Of a stretch of 64,000 bases of DNA, positions 28,290 to 37,740 are shown in pieces (the first letter of the stretch is position 1; each line of letters opens with the position of its first letter). Source of the stretch: Minisyncoccota bacterium (GTDB lineage: Bacteria > Patescibacteriota > Minisyncoccia > Phycocordibacterales > UBA9973); assembly GCA_041659845.1 (NCBI GenBank), contig JBAZXM010000002.1, forward strand, positions 4-64,003. Reading direction: 5' to 3'. The notes beneath the pieces are model-generated. The model had not been told where the DNA came from and did no database searches. It saw only the letters and a list, made by a program, of their open reading frames with translations. The position numbers and the translations under genes were made by a program.

Positions 28290-29252
28290 ATGATCGCGAA
28301 TATTAAAATGAAAAAGTCAAAAATTATTAAATCAGCAATTATAGTCGTATTAATAGTTTTAGTTCTTGCTAGTTATTATTTACATCAAATAAACATTATC
28401 AATAATATTGATCAAAAAGTTCATTCTATGAATGGTGGAACTTTTAGGTATGGCATAGAAAATCTAAATAACGAAGAATTTTTGGAGAATATGACGGATG
28501 GTGGTGGGGGGCTTGTTGGATATTTTAGAGGTAGTGAGTTGATAAAAATGGTCGAACGGGTTGGTCTTTCCTATGGCACCCAAAATTTTCAGTTTTATTA
28601 TGAAAATGAAAAATTAATCTTTGCCTACCATGAACATAGATTTTTTAATCATAATGAAGATGGCTCAAAAGATTATGACCACCCGGGATTTCTTTTGGCC
28701 ACCAAATATTATTTCAAGGATGGAAAGTTATTTAAAAAAGAATTTCACAGAGAAAAGAATTTCCCAACAGGTTATGACATTACTATAGAATTTTTATTAG
28801 CACAATCAGAAAGAAATTCTAAAATTATTTCAGAATTCAAAAACAAGGAGTATTACGGAGAATGGATGGTATACAAATCTATGTCTCCTCAAAATATGGT
28901 GACTTTCGAAGAAGAGCCCTTAACTAAAGAACAAATTAATGAATTTTCAAATTCTAAAATTATTTTAGAGAAAGAAAAAGCGATTTTATCAGGAAATATT
29001 TGCAATAATCCAGAATATGTTAAGGTTGAAGAAACTCCTTTTGATTATTTTCTAAATAATTATAAAGTTGTTATTAATGAAGAAACTGGAAGTACAACCG
29101 CTTTAGATAAAAAATCTTTAGGCATAAACTCGGAATTTTCTGATATTGTAGAAATAAAATGTAATAACGATTACTATACTCTCTTAATCACTAACTCAAA
29201 AGAATCATTGCTTGAGTATAAAAATACTTTTTTCTTTTTAACAAAAAACTGA
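28290..29252 (+). CDS. hypothetical membrane-anchored protein (possible orphan immunity gene)
   Basis: 320 aa with an N-terminal TM (IIKSAIIVVLIVLVLASYYL). AT-rich. Confidence 0.4.
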   Translation: MIANIKMKKSKIIKSAIIVVLIVLVLASYYLHQINIINNIDQKVHSMNGGTFRYGIENLNNEEFLENMTDGGGGLVGYFRGSELIKMVERVGLSYGTQNFQFYYENEKLIFAYHEHRFFNHNEDGSKDYDHPGFLLATKYYFKDGKLFKKEFHREKNFPTGYDITIEFLLAQSERNSKIISEFKNKEYYGEWMVYKSMSPQNMVTFEEEPLTKEQINEFSNSKIILEKEKAILSGNICNNPEYVKVEETPFDYFLNNYKVVINEETGSTTALDKKSLGINSEFSDIVEIKCNNDYYTLLITNSKESLLEYKNTFFFLTKN

Positions 29253-29336
29253 CTATGGGTTAAGTTAAGTAATGAATTTTTCAAAACTAACTAAGCTTTT
29301 ATAGTAAGGTTAATTTTTAAATGGTAAAATATAGTA

Positions 29337-30638
29337 ATGAATAAAAACACAATCGCTATTATCAGTGCTCTTGGAATAATTATTCTCACTGGAGTAGTTG
29401 GATATTTTCTTCTTACTTCAAAAACACAGCCACAGCCCATTAAGGTTATAAGTTCTTTTGAGGAATGCGCACAAGCCGGCTATCCGATTTTAGAGAGCTA
29501 TCCCGAACAATGCCAAACTCCCGACGGGCAATCGTTTACAAAAGGACTCACTCCTCAAGAAGCAGTTTTGGGAAATCAGGTCACACTTCGCGTAAATGAG
29601 CAGGTAAAATTTGATGACGGCTTAGTAATAACGCTCACGGAAATCAATGACTCGCGCTGCAAACAAGGCGTGCAGTGCATATGGCAGGGTGAGCTTTCAT
29701 CTACATTCATTATTCTTGGTGGAAATGTTTCTGAGTTTAAAGAAATACAATTAGGAACAGTAACCGCTAAAAGCGCAACACAAAACGGGTACACGTTTAC
29801 ATTAAAAGAGGCGACTGAAATCAATGCGACGATCACGGTAACTAAGAAGGCGACTATTTCTCCGCCCACTCCAACACCAACCCCAATTCCACCAGTTGCG
29901 TGCACCGCTGATGCAAAACAATGTTCTGATGGATCGTATGTGGGAAGAACAGGACCAAAATGCGAATTCACAGCATGTCCGGGGGAAAACTCCGCTCAAG
30001 TATCTTTACGAGAGGGGCAACGTGAGGGACCATTGCTCGTTCAAAAAATTTATCCTACATATATCACCGGGCAAGTCTATAGAGAATATCCGGTAGCAAC
30101 CGATCAGGGCTCGCCGATAACAATGTACATCGGAGATAGTGCTTCAAATGGATGTACGGTAACACTGACGCTTATCAGAATCCAAAATGGAATAGCCGTG
30201 TTCACGAAAACAACAGATTATAATCGTCCGTGTCCGATATGTCTTGCTGAAAATACTTTTATCGATACGCCCGCAGGGGAGATAGCAGTCCAGAATCTTA
30301 CGGCAGGAATGGAAGTTTGGACAGTAAATAATTCTGGGATAAAAGTTTCAGCAAAGATTCTTAAAACCGGAAGAACATTGGTGCCAGAAACTCATCGCGT
30401 AATGCATTTTGTTTTGAGTGATAACCGCGAGCTTTTTGTCTCACCCGGGCATCCGACAAGTGATGGCCGACTCGCCGGCACTGTTTTGGCTGGAGACACG
30501 CTCGATGGTGCAAAAGTACTCAGCGCTATACTCGTCCCTTATGAAGACGAATATACCTACGATATACTTCCAGCTGGAGAAACTGGACAGTACTGGTCTA
30601 ACGGAATTCTCATGAGTAGTACGTTAATAACTAGCTAG
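29337..30638 (+). CDS. secreted Cys-rich protein with a C-terminal Hint (hedgehog/intein-like, BIL-type) autoprocessing domain
   Basis: A signal anchor, Cys-containing modules and a PPTPTPTPIPP linker. The protein then runs CLAENTFIDTPAGEIAVQNL..GMEVWT..TGRTLVPETHRVMHF..SPGHPTSDGRLAGTVLAGDTL (Hint block A Cys, block B TxxH) and ends at the Hint domain. Confidence 0.6.
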   Translation: MNKNTIAIISALGIIILTGVVGYFLLTSKTQPQPIKVISSFEECAQAGYPILESYPEQCQTPDGQSFTKGLTPQEAVLGNQVTLRVNEQVKFDDGLVITLTEINDSRCKQGVQCIWQGELSSTFIILGGNVSEFKEIQLGTVTAKSATQNGYTFTLKEATEINATITVTKKATISPPTPTPTPIPPVACTADAKQCSDGSYVGRTGPKCEFTACPGENSAQVSLREGQREGPLLVQKIYPTYITGQVYREYPVATDQGSPITMYIGDSASNGCTVTLTLIRIQNGIAVFTKTTDYNRPCPICLAENTFIDTPAGEIAVQNLTAGMEVWTVNNSGIKVSAKILKTGRTLVPETHRVMHFVLSDNRELFVSPGHPTSDGRLAGTVLAGDTLDGAKVLSAILVPYEDEYTYDILPAGETGQYWSNGILMSSTLITS

Positions 30639-30761
30639 AAAGGTCGCAAGACCGTCCTCGCGCAACTATTATTACAACACATTTTAAAATTACTGAGGCC
30701 TTGCCTAGGTAATTACAAGAACTGTTCTCATCTATCTATCGGTATAGACTTATTATATTTT

Positions 30762-30779
30762 ATGTGCTAGAATGTTTTT
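30762..30779 (+). promoter_or_regulatory. extended -10 promoter TGTGCTAGAAT upstream of the M16 peptidase gene
   Basis: A TGnTAGAAT match 30 nt upstream of the ATG at 30810. Compare the motif at 15864-15879. Confidence 0.4.
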
Positions 30780-30809
30780 TAGTAATTTCACAATTTAATA
30801 CTAAAAATC

Positions 30810-32078
30810 ATGCTAAAAGTAAAAGATCGCTTGGTCTTTGAGACCACTAAACTCAGCAACGGCATCACAGTCCATACAAAGAAAACTGATGACCCTTTTG
30901 TAATGATTCGTATTATGATTCCTGTGGGCAGTGCCCATAATACAGGAGGCATTTTGCCGGGATCATTTCATTTTCTCGAACATCTTGTCTGCTGCCGTTC
31001 TGAAATGCATCCTCAATACAAAGCATTTCAAAAAGAATTAGCACTTCATGGTGGTGGATTTAATGCGCAAACATGGATGTTGAATACGACATACATAGTT
31101 GATATACCATCCTCATTTTTTCATGAGGCACTTACAGGATTAATATCCATGGTATTTAATCCGCGTTTTAATGAGGATGATGTAGCACGTGAGCGCACCG
31201 TTATCATTAACGAGCGGAAAATGAGAGAGCCATATTTTCCAGGCGAAAATGAGCTTGAAGAGTATAAAGGAAATAAGTGGATGCGGAAACATAGCTTGGA
31301 CCTGCAGACAATTTTTGGTTCTGATCAGGACTTAGAATCTATGACACTCTCAATGATGGATTATCTGCATATGAACAACTACCGTGATAGTGGAATTAAT
31401 GTAATTATCGCCGGTGGAATCAAGGAAGAGGATATAGCAAAAATACTTCCTCAATTTGAATTGATTACTACTTATGTAAGAAATAATCTTGTTCATTACA
31501 ACCCATCACAATGGGTACATCAGGATTACCATGAGAAAATCTCAAAAGATACTAATCGTTTTCAATATTGCTTAGGGCTCGTATTGCCTAGATTAAGTAT
31601 TGAGGAATTTTGCATGTTGGCGTTTATGGGTAAGTTTTTGACGAATCATGTCCAAGGCCCGCTCTACAAATGGCTGCGAGAGGAAAATGGATGGGTGTAT
31701 GGTTTGCCCACAGATATGAAACGAAGTATGTGGGACACCAATTTTGAATTAAGAATTCCTTTGAGCAAGCGTGAACATGTTGATACCGTCCGCTCTGAAC
31801 TTTCTGAGCGTGTAGTTAATGCATTTCGCGACCAAGATCTGATTCAAAGGGAATTTTCCAGACAAGTAGCAAATTCTGTATTTGATTTTCAGACGCTCCA
31901 ATCTGTTGTTAGTATGGCTCACAGCCACCTTATGCATGTTGGTAGGGTAATTACTGAGAGTTCTATAGATGAATCAATGAAACAAGTCTGCGAAACCGGC
32001 TACCTATCAAGTCTTTTTGAGAAATATGTAACTCCTGAGACTTTAGGAACAATACTCGTTGTGCCTGAGCATGAATAA
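30810..32078 (+). CDS. peptidase M16 (insulinase/pitrilysin-like) family protein
   Basis: Inverted zinc motif HFLEHL (HxxEH). Confidence 0.6.
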   Translation: MLKVKDRLVFETTKLSNGITVHTKKTDDPFVMIRIMIPVGSAHNTGGILPGSFHFLEHLVCCRSEMHPQYKAFQKELALHGGGFNAQTWMLNTTYIVDIPSSFFHEALTGLISMVFNPRFNEDDVARERTVIINERKMREPYFPGENELEEYKGNKWMRKHSLDLQTIFGSDQDLESMTLSMMDYLHMNNYRDSGINVIIAGGIKEEDIAKILPQFELITTYVRNNLVHYNPSQWVHQDYHEKISKDTNRFQYCLGLVLPRLSIEEFCMLAFMGKFLTNHVQGPLYKWLREENGWVYGLPTDMKRSMWDTNFELRIPLSKREHVDTVRSELSERVVNAFRDQDLIQREFSRQVANSVFDFQTLQSVVSMAHSHLMHVGRVITESSIDESMKQVCETGYLSSLFEKYVTPETLGTILVVPEHE

Positions 32079-32082
32079 AAGC

Positions 32083-32116
32083 AACAGCCTTTTCTTACGA
32101 AAGGGCTGTTTTTATT
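32083..32116 (+). terminator. rho-independent terminator
   Basis: AACAGCC-ttttcttacgaaag-GGCTGTT-TTTATTT. Confidence 0.55.
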
Positions 32117-32166
32117 TGTTTCAAAATACAGAAAGAGGATTTTAATGTAAATTTGTAATAATCAAA

Positions 32167-32949
32167 TTAGACTTCATTTAAAAAATTCATTGTTTTTTCA
32201 AATAATTCTTTTTTAGCCTTTTTACCTTTAAAAAAATGATCGGTATTTTTTATAATAAAAAGTTCTGAAGTCTTTTTATTTTTAATCTTTGAAAAATACT
32301 TTTTTGCATCTTTATCAGCACTATTTTTTGCTGCAATAATGCATGTTTTTTTATTTAATGAAGAAAAAACATTCACAGTATTTATCGTGATTAATTCTTT
32401 GTAAAAGACTTTATTTATTATTGATCCACTAACTTTCTCACAATAATTTTTTTTATCAGCGGTTAATATAAAGTCCTCCAGCATCCACTCCTTCTTCCAT
32501 GGTAAAAGGCTAGGATCCCATAAAACTAAAGATGTATTCTTTTTATATTTTTTATATTTGTGTAAAAATAAAATAGAGACGACTGCCCCAAAACTATGGC
32601 CGATAAGCACTATTCGGGAATATTTACTATCAAAAAAATCCACTATATTTTTTAATTCCTCGATGTAAACGGAAAATGACATTTCTTCAAGATTAAGAGC
32701 ATCAAATTCCTGTTTCTTATCATCACTATCTCCACAGAAATTAAATTTAAGTGTGCTAAAATTATTTTTTAAAAAAATAGCAGAAGCATCTTTAAAAAGC
32801 GGCAACTCTCTGCTTCCGGAAAAACCACTCAAGAATATAACAAGAGTATTCGCCTTCTTATTTTCTAAAAGATCTCCATATATAAATTTATTCTTTATTT
32901 TTTTTGATTTTATTTTCATATTCATGATTTTATAAAAAAATCTCACCAA
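32167..32949 (-). CDS. alpha/beta-fold hydrolase (esterase/lipase-like)
   Basis: GxSxG nucleophile elbow LIGHSFGAV, and a later His. Confidence 0.55.
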   Translation of the reverse strand: MVRFFYKIMNMKIKSKKIKNKFIYGDLLENKKANTLVIFLSGFSGSRELPLFKDASAIFLKNNFSTLKFNFCGDSDDKKQEFDALNLEEMSFSVYIEELKNIVDFFDSKYSRIVLIGHSFGAVVSILFLHKYKKYKKNTSLVLWDPSLLPWKKEWMLEDFILTADKKNYCEKVSGSIINKVFYKELITINTVNVFSSLNKKTCIIAAKNSADKDAKKYFSKIKNKKTSELFIIKNTDHFFKGKKAKKELFEKTMNFLNEV

Positions 32950-32984
32950 AATATAGTGAGATTATTCAAAGTGATGCGTGCCCG

Positions 32985-33245
32985 TCATGACCCTAGGTCA
33001 AATTCTCCTTTTTTTACACCAGCAATAAAAGCTTTCCACTCAGCGTGGTTAAATTTCAAGGTTGTCTTGCTAGAGTCTTTTGTGTCCCGAATCTGGACAC
33101 TGTCTTCGTTAATTTTAACAGATACACATGTTCGTCTAACTGTAATGTAGGTTTGTGATGATGTTCTAAACCCATCTTCGTCTACTTTTTGCCCATGTTC
33201 GTTTGTCACGAAAGAGCATCCATTCAAAAATTTACCTTTATTCAT
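32985..33245 (-). CDS. DUF397-like small protein
   Basis: NGCSFVTNEHGQ..VQIRDTKDSSKTTLKFNHAEWKAFIAGVKKGEFD matches the DUF397 pattern (C..V.....V.vRDSKdp.gp.L.f...eW.aF...vk.GefD). Confidence 0.45.
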   Translation of the reverse strand: MNKGKFLNGCSFVTNEHGQKVDEDGFRTSSQTYITVRRTCVSVKINEDSVQIRDTKDSSKTTLKFNHAEWKAFIAGVKKGEFDLGS

Positions 33246-33480
33246 CTTTTCAATAGCTGTGTATTATCTCTGAAACACTCAAAGATCTTGCCTATTTAAC
33301 TATAACACTCTTTTTACAAAAAACAATGTATCCTAAAATTTAAAATGAAATATTAAATCTGTCAATTAATTTGGGTAATGTGCACATACAAATACTAACA
33401 AGGACTGTCCTTACTGGATTTCAATGGCAAGCTTGCAAAATATGGTAATTTTATATAATTTATGAGATAATCATTTTGTA

Positions 33481-33822
33481 ATGAGTAAGATTCATATTTG
33501 GTTTTATATTATTGCCGCTGTCGCAATTGCCGTATCGGCAAATTATATAAGTGTAATTTGGGCGAACAAAGAAAACAGATTTTCGTCACCTTGGCTTTTG
33601 GCTGTCATTTTTATTTCTCCTTTTGTTTTTATTACCTTTGGACTAGTAGCGTCAAAATTAGGACTAGCTGTAAGTTCCGCGACGATTGATTTATTATTGA
33701 CCGTAAGTACAGTTTTGGTTGGACTTTTTGTGCTGGGTGAATGGCATAGTATTTCTTTGTATCAGTATTTTGGAATAGCCTTAGCGTTTGGTGGAATTAT
33801 TTTAATGCAATTTCATAAATAA
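33481..33822 (+). CDS. small 4-TM membrane protein, SMR/DMT-like
   Basis: 113 aa with four hydrophobic helices and a C-terminal ..YQYFGIALAFGGIILMQF. Confidence 0.4.
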   Translation: MSKIHIWFYIIAAVAIAVSANYISVIWANKENRFSSPWLLAVIFISPFVFITFGLVASKLGLAVSSATIDLLLTVSTVLVGLFVLGEWHSISLYQYFGIALAFGGIILMQFHK

Positions 33823-33830
33823 ATTTCTCA

Positions 33831-35675
33831 ATGCAAAATTTAAAGACAATTAAAAAAAACAAGAAGTCTTCGGAAGCCGTATTTATTCCATACACACCTC
33901 TTAATTTTTCTGAAATTGATAGAAAGGCCAAGAATTTGGCAGATATTATCGAAGCTCGTTTTGAAGATCTATCAGAAATTTTACTAGAATATGAAAGTTA
34001 TGAAGTAGTAGAAGATGAAACAGCTCGAACCCTAGATCTTTTAAGGAGTCTTAAGGAAAATAAAGAATATTTTAAATTACGAGTAGGTGCAATCACTGCA
34101 TTTTTACCAAGGAATCAGCCTCTTTATGCTTTTACATGTTTTGTAATTATTCCTTCACTTATGGCAAGCGAAGCGCACTTCCGCATTCCTCATAGTATGC
34201 GAAGCTTCTTTCCAAAGATGTTTGCTCTGCTGGATATAAATAAATTGTTTCCAAATATTTTTATTTCTTCCAAGCAAAGAATCGAATTTTTAACAGACAG
34301 ATCTGCAATTATTGTAAATTCAAAAACCAAGGAGAGTACTCCTGTTACTGATACCGTTATTTTTACCGGAACTTCTGCTCATGCAGATCAATTGCGTTTA
34401 GTTTTTGATAAACAAACATTATTTATTGCAAATGGATCAGGCCATAATCCAATAGTCATAAACAAAGATGCTGATCTTCGGAAAGCGGTTGAGGCCGTCA
34501 TAACTCTTCAATTTTATAATCAAGGGCAGGATTGCGCAGCTCCAAATGCCGTTCTTGTTCAGAAATCCATATTGCCAAATTTTCTTAAAATGCTCCGTGC
34601 CGAAGTCAGCTCTGTTAAGGTCGGGCATTATCGGGATAAGTCATGCAGAATTGGTCCAATAAGCGACCCAAAAGATCTCGTAAGAATACAAGATTTTCTC
34701 ATTGAACATCGCGAATGGCTTGATCCTCAAACTCAGGGGATAATCAGAGCACACGATGCAATTGTAGAGCCGACTATTATAAACAAGCCGCTTGTATTAG
34801 GAGGCAATTTCAGGGAAATATTTGCTCCAATTATCTTTGTCCAAGAATATAAGAACGATACTGATCTAAAATATTATTTTGAGGATTCACATTATGCGCA
34901 TGGCGCTATGTATGTGACTTTATATGGTACAAGTAAATATGTTAAAAATTTAATTGGTCAGAACATAGGAGGGAAAGTTCTTCATAAAAATTCTTCTTTC
35001 ATTCACAATACTCATCTACATGCTCTAGGATTGGAGAGGGGAACAAAGCCGTACGGAGGATATGGTTACGGAGCTTCTAGTATAAGTATTAATGAAAAAC
35101 TTATACCTATGCCGACACTGCCTCAGCGTGATATTTATGAGCATGTTGCTAAATTAATACTTCGCAAAAAAACAGCCAAAATGTACAAGGCGGAATTTAA
35201 ACAATTTACAAAAATAGAGTATAAAAATGTACAAAAATTATTACGACTCCAATCTTCAAAAGAAAACAAACAGGATGAAGTCGGCAAATTCAGTGATGCC
35301 GCCTATTTTGATTTACATTCAATCAAAACAGGCAGTGTACGTTATATAAAAATAGAAGAAGATAATATTTATTATCTTCTAAATGAGCCCAATGTAAAAC
35401 ATATCGCCGCCTTGAGATCAGAAGATATGAAAATGATTCGCGCTTTAAAGAAATTACTTCTCCGAAAATCCACTATTTCTTTAGACGAATTTCGTACTTT
35501 AATGTATGCTATAGCTAAAGATCCAAAGGCAACAGAGAAGGGTAATAGAGAAAACCAAATTAACTTTTTTCAACATGTTTATCAATTATTGTTTGGTGAA
35601 AAGTCGGGACCTCAACTCGCACCATTTCTCTTGGATGTAGAACAAGGAAAAATAGATAAGCTTTTAGCTATCTAA
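33831..35675 (+). CDS. aldehyde dehydrogenase superfamily protein with a 200-aa C-terminal extension
   Basis: FTGTSAHADQL.. and catalytic-Cys motif FYNQGQDCAAPNAVLVQKSI. The usual ELGGK general-base position reads ANGSGHNP. Confidence 0.55.
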   Translation: MQNLKTIKKNKKSSEAVFIPYTPLNFSEIDRKAKNLADIIEARFEDLSEILLEYESYEVVEDETARTLDLLRSLKENKEYFKLRVGAITAFLPRNQPLYAFTCFVIIPSLMASEAHFRIPHSMRSFFPKMFALLDINKLFPNIFISSKQRIEFLTDRSAIIVNSKTKESTPVTDTVIFTGTSAHADQLRLVFDKQTLFIANGSGHNPIVINKDADLRKAVEAVITLQFYNQGQDCAAPNAVLVQKSILPNFLKMLRAEVSSVKVGHYRDKSCRIGPISDPKDLVRIQDFLIEHREWLDPQTQGIIRAHDAIVEPTIINKPLVLGGNFREIFAPIIFVQEYKNDTDLKYYFEDSHYAHGAMYVTLYGTSKYVKNLIGQNIGGKVLHKNSSFIHNTHLHALGLERGTKPYGGYGYGASSISINEKLIPMPTLPQRDIYEHVAKLILRKKTAKMYKAEFKQFTKIEYKNVQKLLRLQSSKENKQDEVGKFSDAAYFDLHSIKTGSVRYIKIEEDNIYYLLNEPNVKHIAALRSEDMKMIRALKKLLLRKSTISLDEFRTLMYAIAKDPKATEKGNRENQINFFQHVYQLLFGEKSGPQLAPFLLDVEQGKIDKLLAI

Positions 35676-35682
35676 AATTAAA

Positions 35683-37176
35683 ATGAATCAAAATAAAACT
35701 ATATTTAAAAAATTAATGAAGCCAACCGTGATCGGTGTGGTGATTTTATTTATTTCAATCGCTATCATAATCTTTACATCTTGGATGCTCTATAATCGCA
35801 CAGTAGACATTTTAACTCAAAATTTGAGAGATCGTTTGCTGACTATATCAATTACAGGAGCAGCCAATATTGACTCAAAAGATCTTGAAGCACTTCAAGA
35901 AGAAACTGATTGGAAAAAACCAGAATGGGCGCGTGTAGTAAACCAACTACATAAAATAAAATACAGCAATAAAGACATTGTTTTTATGTATATTTTTCGA
36001 AAAATAAAAAGTGACCCTACAAACATGGAGTTTGTAGTAGATGCTGATTCTATTGATCCTTATGCTAATACGAGTGGTGATCCATTAAAATATGTTGATG
36101 TTAACAGAGATGGTAAGGTAGAACCTGATGGTGCTGATAAACTTCAATGGCCTGGACAACCCTATCCTGAAGCAATAGATATCCCAGAAGCATATGAAGC
36201 ATATAATGGACCCATCACAGTTAAAGATCTTTATACTGATGAATACGGTACTGTTTTAACGGGTTATGCTCCAATTAGGGATGAAAATGGAAATACTGTG
36301 GCAATCCTAGCAACAGATGTTAAAGCTGATGATTTTTTCACAATAACAAAACAAACACTACAGCCATTTTTGATATTTATCATACTTCTTTCACTTATTA
36401 TTTCAATCCTCATAATAGTTATTATTCATTCATGGAATAAACATGAAAAGTATCTTAAAGAAGTGAATGAAAAACTTAAAGGTCTCGATAAGCTTAAGAC
36501 TGAATTTCTTTCGCTTGCGTCACACCAGCTTAGGAGCCCGCTTACTGCGATTAAGGGCTATACTTCCATGCTTTTGGAGGGAGATTTCGGAAAGGTGACA
36601 GCTCAGCAAAAAGAAATGATTGATCGAGTATTCCAATCAAGTCAACATCTGACAAAAGTCGTGGAAGACTTGCTAAATGTTTCGAAAATTGAACAAGGTG
36701 GTATGAAGTACGAAATGGCGCCATTTGATATGAATAAAGTCGCTTGTGATCTCTCGAACGATCTTACAGTTAGCGCACAAAAGAAAGGTCTTGAACTTAC
36801 CTGTGAAAACGATCACCAAGAGTCATATATGATAAACGGCGATATGGAAAAAATTCGCCAAGTTGTTCTCAATTTGATTGATAATTCTATCAAGTATACT
36901 GAAAAAGGATTTATTAAAGTCTCGCTATCCAAAAACAATGGTAAGGTTCTATTTGCAGTCTCTGATTCCGGAATGGGCATGACTCCGGAAATTAAAGCAT
37001 CGCTATTCCAGAAATTCTCTCGAGGTGAAGGTGGAAAGGTGAATACTGGCGGATCAGGCTTGGGGCTATATTTGGCAAAAGAAATCGTTGAGGCTCACCA
37101 CGGCCGCGTATGGGTGGAATCCGCAGGCCTGGGGCTTGGTTCTACATTTATCGTTGAACTGAAGGGGGTGGAGTAG
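35683..37176 (+). CDS. sensor histidine kinase (two TM helices flanking a periplasmic Cache-like domain, then HisKA plus HATPase)
   Basis: H-box LASHQLRSPLTAIKGYTSML and G-boxes GGSGLGLYLAKEIVEAHHGRVWVES. No response regulator lies adjacent. Confidence 0.8.
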   Translation: MNQNKTIFKKLMKPTVIGVVILFISIAIIIFTSWMLYNRTVDILTQNLRDRLLTISITGAANIDSKDLEALQEETDWKKPEWARVVNQLHKIKYSNKDIVFMYIFRKIKSDPTNMEFVVDADSIDPYANTSGDPLKYVDVNRDGKVEPDGADKLQWPGQPYPEAIDIPEAYEAYNGPITVKDLYTDEYGTVLTGYAPIRDENGNTVAILATDVKADDFFTITKQTLQPFLIFIILLSLIISILIIVIIHSWNKHEKYLKEVNEKLKGLDKLKTEFLSLASHQLRSPLTAIKGYTSMLLEGDFGKVTAQQKEMIDRVFQSSQHLTKVVEDLLNVSKIEQGGMKYEMAPFDMNKVACDLSNDLTVSAQKKGLELTCENDHQESYMINGDMEKIRQVVLNLIDNSIKYTEKGFIKVSLSKNNGKVLFAVSDSGMGMTPEIKASLFQKFSRGEGGKVNTGGSGLGLYLAKEIVEAHHGRVWVESAGLGLGSTFIVELKGVE

Positions 37177-37195
37177 GAATATTTGTATAAATAAA

Positions 37196-37690
37196 ATGAT
37201 AATAAATAAAATAATAGTAGAAAAAGAATTTGAATTTCGTGTTGCTAATAAGAAAGACGTTGATTTTTTATTAGGTTTAATAAACGAACCTGAAATAAAT
37301 GAATATTTGGTTAATCCAGCTGAGCAACCTATATCAAAAAAACAAGAATTAGATTGGATACAAGATTATATCAATTCTAATACAAGTATCGCCCTCATTG
37401 TTAAATTTAAAAATAAACGAGTGGGTGTAATTTCTGTTGACGACATAAACAAAAAAGATGGAAGTGCAAGTTTTGGTTTAATTATTAAAAAAGATTCTAG
37501 AGGTATGGGAATAGGTAAAGATGTGATAAAAATTCTTACAAATAAAGTTTCAAAAAAAATAAAAGTTAAAAAATTCTATTCTTTTATTAAGAAAACTAAC
37601 ACAAGAAGTATTGCTTTAGTTAAAAGTGTTGGTTTTGTTTTAAATAAAGAAAAATCTAAAAAGAATCTTGTCTATTTCGAATTTATATAG
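37196..37690 (+). CDS. GNAT family N-acetyltransferase
   Basis: ..RVGVISV.. and RGMGIGKDVIKIL (acetyl-CoA binding motif A). Confidence 0.55.
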   Translation: MIINKIIVEKEFEFRVANKKDVDFLLGLINEPEINEYLVNPAEQPISKKQELDWIQDYINSNTSIALIVKFKNKRVGVISVDDINKKDGSASFGLIIKKDSRGMGIGKDVIKILTNKVSKKIKVKKFYSFIKKTNTRSIALVKSVGFVLNKEKSKKNLVYFEFI

Positions 37691-37694
37691 AAAT

Positions 37695-37727
37695 AAAAAA
37701 ACACCTACTATTTATAGTAGGTGTTTG
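37695..37727. terminator. bidirectional terminator between the convergent GNAT and queC genes
   Basis: AAAACACCTACTA-tttat-AGTAGGTGTTT. Confidence 0.6.
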
Positions 37728-37740
37728 ACATAGTAATGAA

